Source: Tubiluchus corallicola (taxonomy: Eukaryota > Animalia > Priapulida). Taken from it: a stretch of DNA of 64,000 nt. A model generated the notes under the pieces. It made no database searches. It saw nothing but the letters and a program-made list of their open reading frames with translations, and was not told the origin of the DNA. This document shows positions 1 to 11,914 of the stretch, piece by piece (the first letter of the stretch is position 1; every line of letters starts with the position of its first letter). The stretch is taken from contig JAQGDQ010000001.1 of the NCBI GenBank assembly GCA_030141605.1, positions 2,480,001 to 2,544,000 of the forward strand, given 5' to 3'. Both the position numbers and the translations under genes were made by a program.

Positions 1-321
1 CAGCTTTCAACTCTTTGAAAAACTGGTTGTAACTGCCCTTTTTGCCTCTTCGCTGTAACCATTCTTCACCCAAACTTTCCTAACTCTTTCTTTTTTAACT
101 TTTCTAATCGCACAAGCTAGCACAATAGAAAATAAAGCACGTTTGCGTGTCGGCACCATAATTTGACTGAAAGACTGGCACCCCTCGCTGAATAGTTATT
201 ACCAGACTTTGAAAGAGAGAAGTTTGATGTCGTCTAAACACGCCAGTTTTTAGACTGACAGTTTTTGTTTGCCAGTTTTAGTTTGACAGTTTTTTTTAAA
301 ACTGATCGTGTAAACGGCACA
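1..321 (-). mobile_element. PIF/Harbinger DNA transposon end with frameshifted transposase N-terminus (truncated by window edge)
   Basis: Minus strand from ATG at 159 reads MVPTRKRALFSIVLACAIRKVKKERVRKVWVK, then after a 1-nt shift WLQRRGKKGSYNQFFKELKA. This resembles the Harbinger/HARBI1 N-terminal 'WV..WL.RR...G.Y..L..EL' pattern. The terminus GTGCCGTTTACACGATCAG and subterminal AAACTG(T/G)CAAAC repeats (245-300) are Harbinger-like. Confidence 0.6.
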
Positions 322-1407
322 CCACCCTGTGAATGTGATAAAACATTTGTTTACTGTCGGTCATCTAGTAACAATAAGTGTATTAACTATCCCTGTGATG
401 TTCCCTGCACTAAGCCTGCATAGCTTCACTATGATAAGTAAACGTAACAGTAATCTTTTTGTAGAAGTTAAATAATAGTTAGAAAGAATAATTCTGCATA
501 GGACATACTGACTAAGAAGTATTATACTTTGGGGTAGTACATACAAGACCAATTTGGACAAACTTCACTGCTTCCAACGCAAATTTATATGCACCATGTA
601 CAGGCTTCCCAAATTTAATTCAGTCACAAAATCATGCAGCATACTATAGTGATTATAGAATACTAACAATTAATGATCTAATTTCCTGTAACACTAGCAT
701 TTTTGTTTATTAAACTAACAATGATCTTTTCCTTAAATATTTCAGGAATCCTATAATTAATCCTATAGTTAAATCATATAATACTAGGTATAATAGCTAC
801 CAACCATATTTTACTGCAGAACCAATAATGCACAGCGTTTCATTAGCTGCAGTGGACTTATACTAAGGAACGTATTACCCATTCAATGTTAAATGCCATA
901 ATATTTACCACTTCAAATCATCACTTAAACAATATCTGTTTGCTACTCATATAAATTAGTAGGCCATAGTTATATGTTGTATCTGTGTGACTCACCAGTC
1001 ATAACCTTGTGTTCTCTGAGTAGAATCTATAGCATTTCCTGATGTCATTGAGCTGAATCTTTCCAAGCCACTCTTCCTACCTTTCTGAACATTCTTTTGT
1101 CCATCACTTCTTTTTCTGTTTGCACAGCTTTTTCCTCTTAGACTGCCTAATATCCTACAATATTCTTTTTGTTTTCTTTTTTTCAATTATTTGGACATGC
1201 TTACAGTGGTGCAAGTACCTAACAAGTTTTAGTTTTGCTTCTCATATGCTATGCATGCTTCCATATAATAATCATTAAAAACTGTTATTTTTAATGATTC
1301 CACATAAATTGTATAATTTCATTTCTAAATAAATTACTTACTTACCTACTTACTTATTTACTTTTTATTACTATTATCTGTTTAGTGATATTTTCTTTAA
1401 TCGAAAT

Positions 1408-1885
1408 GATACTAGTAGCGGTACTGTAAGACAAAAATAACACAAACTATTTTTCGTGAGTTCTTCCAACATGAATGCAAATACAGCCCATCAAAAGTGT
1501 TATGCTTGCCGAGGGCCAAAAGCACTCTATATATGGTGCGGGAAAATATCACGCATTCACTTTAAACTACTTACAAGACATTTTAGAAAATAGTGCGATA
1601 CAGCTATGGTATTAAGTAAGTAAGTAAGTTAATAAGATCTGAATAAACAATATGTTGCCACAAAATTTAAGCAACGAGTAACTTGATAAAATGCTCATTT
1701 TCCTTCATATGTCTCAAAAACCTGAAGTAAAAGTTGTTTTTCAAATATTATAAACTTTTAAAGTTTGGGGTCGGGATTGGAGTTGGGACCCAATGATAAG
1801 TTCGGGAACTGGGTTCAGGATTTGGAGGAAGTTCGGGATCGAGGTTGAGGCGATACGACCATACGACCCCGATTCCGAACAACCC
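1408..1885. repeat. Dispersed repeat, copy 1 (same family as 51168-51645)
   Basis: GATACTAGTAGC...AGACAAAAATAACACAAA...TTCCAACA...GCAAATACA aligns by eye and colinearly with 51168-51645, including the GGGTC/GGGAT-rich 3' part. Confidence 0.75.
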
Positions 1886-2297
1886 TACGTATATGTTCAA
1901 GCGTATAGTAAATTATTAACACAGGCCATTTATGAAAATTTTAAAAATTGTTTTGGGTGAAATGGCACCATTATAAATTTACAGCGATGTTTTAATTTGT
2001 TACCATTCCACTGATGTGCTACCTATTTGCTTGTCTAGGTAATTACAATAATACCAGGTTAAGCAATAATGTCAGTCTTTGTTTAACTCGAGTCATCACT
2101 ATCAAATGCCCATTACATCTTATTACTAACATTGGACACTGGGCAAGCAGAATTCTAAAATAAAATAAATCTATTCAAAAGACAAGTAAACACAGCACAG
2201 CAGTTAATATAACAAAAACTAGATACAACAATGTCACTTCTAACACATTAAAATTTCATCAAGTCTGTATAAGAACACTTGTAGCTACTATCAATAC

Positions 2298-2782
2298 TGG
2301 TGTTACTCCGGATATCCGATTCGCATCCGAAAATGGTGATATTCGTGAAATTTTGCAGGTATTCGTATCCGATATTATCCGGTAGTTATAAATATTTGAT
2401 ATTCGCAAATATTTGCTATTTGGTTTTCATAATGTGCAATTGCAAACAATTTCGAATAATTTAACAGGTGAAAATAAATAAATAAAATATTACCAAAAAG
2501 TTAGAGATTGTTTTAACCTATGTTTGTGTTTTCAAGATGAAAAATTGAAACACGTTTGTGCATGGTAATACGGTGTATCTTCGGGCTAGGTCCTTTAAAA
2601 TGATAGACTAAATGAAAACGCAAAATCTTGCAAACATTTATTAATTTTTTATTATTAATAGAACTGATCTGCATATTTGATCTGAATTTAGCTAACCTAT
2701 TCGGTCATAATCCAAATCCGGATGTCAATTTGAGGAAATATTAGATGATATCCTGCAAAAAAGTGTATCCGGAGCAACACTA
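2298..2782. mobile_element. hAT-superfamily MITE
   Basis: 17-bp TIR (TGGTGTTACTCCGGATA / TATCCGGAGCAACACTA, 2 mismatches) with a perfect 8-bp TSD ATCAATAC at 2290-2297 and 2783-2790. Internal GATATTCG/TATCCG repeats. Confidence 0.9.
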
Positions 2783-5689
2783 ATCAATACATGGTTAAAG
2801 AAATTCAATCAAAAAGATAACACACTTATTTTGAAACAGGTTTATCTCAAGATCAGGAATGTGGCCACTCAAGGCAAGGAGCTATAATTAAGATGCAAAA
2901 TCAGAATATAGCTCCAAAAAACTATAATACTTATTAATGTTTTGTAATGTACACTTATTGAGTGCACATATAGGCTGTTATTAGGTATTTTTTGATGAGC
3001 TTATTAAACAGCTTAATTATACAACAATGAACTCACCAGTGTCACCAGAGACTTGCAGTTATTATTAAAGACCATAGATCCTTTTAATCACTAACTATCT
3101 ACATATCAAAAATCAGATATACATACTCACATTTCCGCATGCCCAAAAATCCAAAAATCCCATTCATTTTATATCAGACTGTCCACACATACTTAATGAC
3201 TCATCCACAATATGACAGAAAATATGTCACATCTGGTGGCATGACATTTTCAGTGAACATTTACAGTGCATATATTTATGGCACCTCTTTGAGTCAGCAG
3301 TGTTCAACTATAAGCATTCTGCATAAAACAGAGTTCACTGCATCACATTTGGCCTGTATTTAGAGACAATTTCTTCTGTGCAACAGATCAATATCTCCCT
3401 CAATGCTGCCTGCCAGATAATTTTACACTATCCTTCCTCAATCAATATAGTACGACTGTGAGCCTCCACAATGCACACTTTATAAACATAGGAAATCTTG
3501 ACAACTGCAGTAAAAGAGAAAAAAAATGAAAGTGATTCATTAATGAAACTAATTAAACAACTGTGTGGCACAATAAGTTATCCAACAGCTAATTTGTCGA
3601 AGAAATGAGATACGGAAAACTGAAAAACTATGTATGAATCAGTTAGGATTTGAACATGAAGCATTGGTTATCAGAACTTGCACACTTTCACAGAGCAACA
3701 GTCTCACGTGAAAAGGAGGTTTAAATGCCCAATCCCACAGTCAGTATCAGTCAAAGCCACAGTATGTGATTTCTCTGCAAACATGTGACCAAGTTCTGGC
3801 TCGTTTATAATTTCCTTAAGACATCAAAAAGTGAAACTCAAACAATGTTCGGTAATTAAGTGAAAATTGCTAACCACAGTCACCAAAAAGTTTGAAAATG
3901 AAAGTACTTTGCTTGTACAGCTTATTGAAATTATTACTGTTGCATTACTATTACAGGTTATTACGACATATCTACTAGCCATTGAGTCCTCAGGCTACCA
4001 ATGTGACAAATGAAGGTTAAACATTCAATAACTACCACATAGATTTAATATATATTTTTTATAATAAACTTGAAAGACAAAAAATGTGAAAAAGAGGGAA
4101 GGGAGTATTACAAATATTTTATTTATCCAAAATCCATTTAAACGAACATACAAAAAGGAAACTTCATTATAGAACTAAATAATGCTTACGAGACAAACTT
4201 CAGAAACCGGTACTGTTACAATGTAAGCTAAACCTATAGAAAAGGCGTTTCAAATGTCATTTAAATATAGCTCAGATGAAATGCTTTCGGCCTCTTTTTA
4301 AGAAATTACCTGTCTACGCTTGGTCTGTACAAAATAACATGAGTGGTGCAATAGGGGAATGCCAAACGAAATGATGTACAAAGGTACAGTTATTGATATA
4401 GTGATGAAGACGGAAGCTCCTTTCGGATTTGTGTAAAAGTGTAGTTCAACCTGCAATGTTTAGCAAAACAATTGCCAATTTAGTTGGCCACAAAATGCTG
4501 ACTTTGGTACATAGGCTTTTGTAAAATGTTGTTGTTTCTGGAAGTTGAAACAATGAATATTGCCTCTATGCATAGCTATACAATGTGGTCACTGAGGAAG
4601 AGAAGACTAAAACCAAAGAATAAAGATCAGTTAATATTTCAGTATTTTTTATATGTATGAATTAAGACTCAAGATAATGTACATTATTTACAATTACTGA
4701 AAGCATCAGTCAATTGTTATGAATGCAAAAAATTGCAAAAATTTATCAAGACAGAAAATGTTTATTTTTCACTAAAAAGTAGTCTTGCTATTTTACACCT
4801 TTGTAGGTTTATGCAGGGCATTGGCTTGCCGATATTTCACAAAGCTTACCACATTGAAAAACCTATATCGCAGACAATACAATTAACAGCGTCTTTTATC
4901 TTTTATAAGGTCCAAACTTGCAAAGCAAAAATATTATTCTCATCAACAAACAGTGACTAACAATAAATCTACATAAAATTTCTTATAAAGTTTGGGCAAT
5001 TTAAAATAACATCAGTGCTGCTATTTGTTTAATTATTTTGACCATCTCAATCACTGCCATGAATACCTATAGCCTTTATAATTTAATCTAAGATCTAAAT
5101 TCATTATTTACTGGTACTCTATTCTGCTGGTAAATAAAGTTAGTTATATATTATCAAATAATAATCAGTAAAGACTAAAATTAGCATCAACAGTTTTAAT
5201 TTTTTAAAGATTAAAAGCACTAAAGTTTAAATGTTCTATCACACAACAGTGCTAGAATTTCAAATTAACAATACTGGAAAATCAAAAATACTTGTTCATT
5301 AATGCGCCATAACTTTATTTAAGCGAACCAAGACAGATAATTGGTTCGCTTTCACATGTTAATTTTTTGAATTACCATTTGTTCAAGATTATGTTACCTG
5401 ACAAAAACATTTCATATGTGTGAACACTCTAGTATTAAATTTCAAAGCAGAAGGTAGAACATTAAAGCACAGTAACAAGGCCTAAGGCTAATCCCTGCAG
5501 GATGCCACTTTATATATACTAGTCGTGATTGTTTATCTGCTCAGAAGCGTGCCATCTATCTACATTGAACACACTTCTAAACAAATATTTATGTAGTATA
5601 TTGTAACAAAGTTTTCCAATGATAGTATTTTAAAATAAAGTTTAAGGTAACCCTGACAATATATAAGGGTTAAATATCATAGTTCTAAA

Positions 5690-5890
5690 TATGTTTTAGC
5701 ATCCAAGTTTTACCTGGAAATAGGTTTTTAGCACCCAAGCCCAACTTGGAATTAACTAAAATTTATTAGTCTTCAATTTATTACAAGTCTAACTTGGCAA
5801 TGACTTTCGAAACTGGTTTCAACACTCAAGTCAGAGTTGGAAATAACTAAAATTTAATAGGTTTTAACACCCAGGCGTGACTTGCAAATT
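5690..5890. repeat. Degenerate minisatellite (~30-45 bp units)
   Basis: Recurring TTT(T)A(G/A)CAC(C/T)CAAG...ACTTGG(A/C)AAT units. Confidence 0.5.
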
Positions 5891-6845
5891 TATGTAAGTA
5901 CTATCAAAAGATTCTTCAGTTTTTCAATTCTTAACGCAGTTTGCTTTTAAAGTTTGCCTTAACTTTCACCATATTTAATTTCCATTGAATCATCTCATAC
6001 ATTATTTTTTTCATTACAAGTTATCACATGTTCCACTGGGTTATTACACTTGCAGCATTTTCCAAAAATTTTAAATTTGTTATTCTCCGACATTTTACTT
6101 TAGCAACATCTTGGCTCAAAGATGTCACTAAAGAAAAACATCAGAGAATGACAAAGTTGACGTTTTGCTGCTGTACTTTCTCAAAATTTATATTAATTCT
6201 ACATAGGCTTGCAATTTCTTTAATATTTTCAAACCAACTTCCTTTTACTTCATTTTCTCACATAAACATAAGTCCTTTTTGACTCTCTCTCTCTCTCTCT
6301 TTTATTATCAGAGATTAATACAATTCTTAACAGCATTAACTGTTTGTATACGAACTCATTTTGTAAGGGCGAACCCACGTAGGACTATTTAACAGAAAAA
6401 ATAAGCACTCTAATTTCCATAGGAAATAAACCAGTCATCCGTGTAATCGGGAGTATATAGAATTAGACATTTTATTTGTCTAATAGGAGTAGGAGTACTT
6501 CTTAATCGTGTAAAAAATTATACAAACACAGTTGAAATAGCAACAAAACAAGAATTTAAAATTTTTCACTGTACGAAAAATTAATTTTTACTTGGTTTAG
6601 CAATAACAAGAATCTTTGTGTTCGTGAACTTGCTGATCGATCACATATTTATATCGGGCCGCTTTCGTCTGTAGTATCTTTGGTTGCGTTAGCTCGATCA
6701 TCGTTGTCGTATCATAAATCTTTATCTGCGCATAAGACAATGAATTTGTTTTGCGTAGACCAGCTGTACGTAATTATGTCTTGTTCCATATGAATTCATA
6801 TCATATGCATATGATACACAACTGTCTGCTATGAAATAACGTAAC

Positions 6846-7842
6846 AGTGGCGCAGGAAAAAAATGGCACACTTATAAAATATGAGTTTAAGGTTAGGCAC
6901 ATAGGGTTACTGCTGGTGATAATTATTCCAGTTATTTTTACCTCTGACAAGGAAGATATACTTTAACACAGTTTGTTTGGTTGGTCGTTTTTTGTCTGTC
7001 AGATCAGTAAACCTGTTATGCAGAAACTACCTAACAGATAGACACACTACCTAACATGGATTCATGAAATTTGCAAACAAAATATTTTTTCTAGAACAAA
7101 AATTAGGAAACAAGGAGAACAATTTTGAAATGTTCTGATTTCTGATAGCCATTAGTCAAAGTATTGTAGATAATTAAATAGCAGAAAAAAGAGGAGAGAA
7201 AGAATGAGAGAGGGAAAGGAAGGGAGAGAGAGGGGAGGGTGAGAGAGAGAGAGAAAGAGAGAAAATGGATGAGCGAGAAGCAGTGAAGAAAAGGTGAGGT
7301 AGAGAGAGAAGAGTGAGGGGAAGAGATAAAGACAGAGGGGAGAGAGGGTGAAAGAAGGAGGTAGGAGAGAATAATAAGGGAGAGACCGAGGAAAAAAGAC
7401 AAGCCAGAGAGAGAAAGATGGGAGAGGTAGATAATGAGGGAGAGAAGGATCGAGAGAGGAAGAGGATGAAACAGGAAAGGATGTAAACAGAGAGAAGCAA
7501 GGGGGAAAAGTAATTGAGGGCTTAATCCTACTAAAATACATTTTTAAAGCAATTAAAAACCTTACCCTGATTTTTCTGTTAAAATATCTTATTAGGCAAT
7601 GTCTTTTTTCTGTAAAATAAGTTTTCTAGAAAAAATATTTTCTGGGAAATGTGCCTAATTAAATCTACTGTATGGAAGCTACTTTTAGTCTGTTGAATAG
7701 CGGTTTCTTTTTGAAGTTCTCCTGCTTTACAAGAGCACTTCATCTGAAAGTGAGCCTATTAAGTCGTCTGCTGTGGATCATGTGCCATTTTTACCTACTT
7801 TTCCATTTGTGACATTTTTTCCCTGTGCCATTTTTACCGCAC
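6846..7842. mobile_element. Composite foldback element, copy 1 (AAAATGGCACAGG subterminal repeats plus internal Helentron-like segment), interrupted by a purine-rich tract
   Basis: 6846-7030 aligns with 15180-15370. Inverted TGTGCCATTTTT repeats at 7782-7840. Confidence 0.6.
7185..7510. repeat. GA-rich low-complexity tract
   Basis: Almost pure purines on the + strand. It explains the S/L/P/F-rich spurious ORFs at 7103-7541. Confidence 0.9.
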
Positions 7843-9936
7843 ATTGTCAGCAATAACACTTAATTGAAGATTCTCAACAAGTAGATTCTTTCCAGGCAAG
7901 TCATGAATGATCACCTGATTCTGTTACACCATGCGTTGAAAGATTAAAATGTGTCCACATACTTTTATTGATAGACTAAGGCAGATGATTATGTGTAAAC
8001 TGTGCAGTACAACCCAACTTACTCTGCCAAACAGTTTGCAAGGTGCTTCCACAGCTAATTACCAAAATTCCAGTATTTCTTAGGACATCTTCACTCAAGT
8101 TGGACAGATGTATTTCTAGATATAAGTCTAGCCTGGTCGGAAAAGCAGGATGAATTCCCCAGTAGTGGCTAGAGTCTTAGAAAGGCAACAGTCACACAAC
8201 TGCCAATTGTAGTTCTCAGTTTTAGAGCTTCGTCAATTATTATTCATTTGCCAAGATTGGACTTTCTGAGAATTAATTGACGACTTGACTGGAGGATAAT
8301 TAAGTCAACAGGAAGCAACGCCAGCGACCAATGTGGACCAATGGGGTAGATTTGTTTGAGGTCTATTGCAGCTTGCCAAGAAGAGCCCATGTGCTATGGT
8401 TTACTAATTATTTTCTGTGGCACAAGCATGCTGAACAAGACTGTAGAATGTAGACCGGTTGTGAAATTTCAATGGGCTGCTGTTGTGCTGACTCAATGAT
8501 AGTAGAATGAATTTAATCAGTCTGTCTGGTGTTTCTCTCCTCTGCTGGTTAGGTTAAACAGATGAGATAAGGTCATAATTAATCTATTTTTTGGTATTTA
8601 TGCCTTTGTGCATTGGAAACTCGAGAGTTTGTTGTTGTTGTCGATAACTATCATGCGCTGCCACCTTTTAGGCCTTGAATGTAGCCTGTATTAAAATTTG
8701 TTAGCCTGTACTTACATGATTCAATCTGTTCACAAGCTATGCAGAATACAGTAAGACAGTAGGCTGCTACACTGTCTAGATGTTTGCTGTGAGCTTTCTC
8801 ATTTTTAGCCTAATATGATGTTCTGATGATTCCATAAAAAAATTAATGCAGTGACGTTTTCTGCAGTTCATGTTTGATGCCTGTAAAATGTAAATATCAG
8901 AGATTGTCAATATACATAAGTTCAATATGTTTATTATTCTTGCATTGCTAAAAAGAAGTTTAATTTCTATTTGATGTAACATTATGTAACCTTTGCAGCA
9001 TTGCATTTGCAATTTTGATGAAATTTGTAACATTTTTGTAATCCACACCTAGCTGATTGAATAGTTTGATCAGTTAATTATTTTCTAATTTTCTAATGAC
9101 ATCTGTCCTTGCAAAAGTGCTTTATTTTATTTTATTGGAATAAAATTAATAATCGTTAACAAAACAATGCGGAATTTAAGGTTTGATTTTCAGCATTCCG
9201 TCAGCTACAGTCAGGGTAGGAGTCTAGACTAGCTATGGGCTTACCATCTTATCAGCAGAGTGGACACTCGATGACGTTGCTTTCAGATGCAAGCCTTCTG
9301 CCACAACAAGGATTTATCATCACTCATCAGAAGGACATTATAATTTAATATTATTAATGTAACTATAGTGTAATTGTCAATTCCTAAATCTAATAATCTG
9401 GTTCATTACTTCATTTCTATTACTAATTATTCATATTTTTAGTTTTAGTTTAAATATATATATCACTGTTCTGAAAATAATTTTAATTTCATCTATAAGG
9501 CCTGCCCTATCAATAGGCAACAATTTTATTTTGTGGTGCACCGGTGGGTAGAAGCATCATTAACAAAAGCAAACCGTTGCGAAGATGATCCATGTTGCTA
9601 GACAGAGGTAAACTTAGTCTTAGCCAAGGAGATAAACAAAATTAATGAAATTTGAATATCATGATTATTCTCAAAATGATGATGTTTGATGCGAAAACTG
9701 GAATTTGTTAGTACTGTCAACAATTGTGTTTTTTGTTATCGTTGCCGTGAGACGCATCGTCACCAGTTTTAAGTTTGGGTCTGAATCTGTAGCTTGTGGT
9801 TTGCTACGCGCTCTCTGTGCTTTATCTCTCTCTCTCTGTTCAGTGTTGATGTTATTCCAAACTGGTATTGTCTTTGGTAGAGCTTCGAGTACAACTGGCT
9901 ATAAGGAGGAAAAACTTGCCATTGGAGGTAGTGAAC

Positions 9937-11822
9937 ATGACGTCGTTCGTGGATGTTTTTGGGGTACGTAGCGTTGCGTTTATTATCTTCTTGGTGTACG
10001 GTAAAAATGATTCAAGTAAAAAGGGCACGGTAAAATGGCACAGGAAAAATCGCATATATGTTATTTTGATACAAATGATTTCTATAATTAGAAATTAAGA
10101 ATGCACTCAGTAGGAAGCAGATCTCTGCCAAAGCTAAACAATCCAAAACTTTTGCGTCTGATTCTTTTCATTAAAAAAATTTAACACAAAAATAAACAAG
10201 CAAACATACAAAAATGTACTGTATTGGTATTATATAGACTAGCAAAATATTCACAAAATAATTATTCATTAAATAGATTTATAATCAATAATGCACGAAT
10301 GATCTACATAGTGTTAATCTTCTTTTAACCATTAATTTTGGAATTGGAACTAACTCATAGTTGTTGTCCAGGTGGAAATAACAAAAAGGAAATACTAAAC
10401 ACTCCCCCTGAGACCTCCACAAAGTGCTTCACGAATGTTTTTCTTTTGCACATGGTATTCGGGCAGTTTTAGGAAAAAAGAACCAGCGAAAGTATTCCAT
10501 TTTTGCACCCTATGAGCTCTCCTTTCTTTACAAAGTTTCCTGGAAATCTGTTAAGTAGTTTTTGTGTTATAAGCTTACTGCCATTACTGCCAAACAAACA
10601 AAGTGTGTTGAAGCATAACGTCCTTTCCAGAAGTTGCAGTAACTAAAATAATTATCCCTTGTTGTAACCCTAACCCTAAACACAAATTTTATTAAATGTG
10701 CCATTGTTTCCCGTGCCATTTTTGCTGTTCCAATTTTTCCTGTGCCACTTTTACAGACAGTCAGTTTCTCGTTAGTCGCTTGTAAACTTTAAACTAAAGC
10801 TTGAAAGTAAAAGCAGTAATTTTTGGTCTTTCAGATAATATACAACTTACCAAAAGCCTAACATTAAAGTAAATCAAACAGTTAAATGTCTTTTTGATAA
10901 AAGAAGAAATTAAAATGTCCATAAAGCTCAAAAAATTCTTTATTTTTTAAGAAGTTAAAATACCCATTAATCTCAAAAAATTCTTTAAGAAAAAATAAAA
11001 CATTTTTGAGATTTATGAGCATTTTAACTTCTTCTTTTACGATTATGACCATGGCAAATCTCAGAAGAGTACCATCTTGTTTTACAGTTAAATTTTATTC
11101 AAGATTATGCAATTTGTGGTTCTTTACAAATAAGATAATCCTAAATTATAATTCATAGCCTGATTAAACATAATTATGGTAAAACGAGTGGAGACTGCAT
11201 TGTATGTCTTTTCATCCAGAAATGTCTTGCACATCTTAGTACGATTATTCAAATAAATTTCGTGAAAACCTGAATATGTAGTTGTAGAAAAATATGACTA
11301 AATTTAGAAAAACTAGAGAAACTGGGGCTGGATTCATGTATTGTGTTTTAGATTGTGTAAGCCAGAGTTAGGTCATGGATCAATTTTACTCGTAATATTT
11401 GTGTACTTTTCGTATGTAAGTTTTTCATGAACACACATTACCTCTGTGTTCAATTTTGTATCTGTCGTACAGCAGGCAGATATACACATGCAGCTTATGC
11501 ATGTTGAACTATTTGAGTGAACTTTGTGAAACACAAACTTATCTTAGTTACGTACGTAACTCTGAGACTGTTTGAGAACCACTTTTTATCTAAATATTTT
11601 ACTAGTTCCTTCAAATTTTATATAGCTAAAATGTAAAGAGAAGAAAAAAGAATGAGAAAGAGAGAACAGAAGAGATCAGGAGAAAAAAGAGAGGAGGCAA
11701 GAAGAAATTTATTTCATGTAAAAGCAGAGGTGGGACAGTGAATAATGAAAAGAAAATGAACAAACAAGGGTGAGAGAGAAAACGACAGAAAGAGAGAGAA
11801 AGGGAAGAAACAGAAAATGAGA

Positions 11823-11914
<92 letters not shown>

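Larger units (their letters stand above)
996..6750 (-). other. Candidate spliced minus-strand transcript (lncRNA or 5' exons of a gene ending outside the window)
   Basis: Exon-like blocks bounded by pyrimidine-tract/AG and GT donors, all on the minus strand: 4310-4450, 3131-3504 (alternative donor near 3036) and 996-1154. There is a CpG-rich promoter-like patch at ~6620-6780. No recognisable protein. Confidence 0.3.

Noticed and set aside
3640-3710. tRNA B-box-like GTTCAAATCC on the minus strand
   Set aside because: No cloverleaf; probably a SINE relic, too decayed to call.
7103-7541. Three overlapping 99-129 aa ORFs
   Set aside because: Artefacts of a stop-poor CT/GA low-complexity tract.
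9275-9310. Possible third Penelope hammerhead relic on the minus strand (…GAAGGCTTGCATCTGAAAGC)
   Set aside because: The CUGA core is absent and stem II does not pair.
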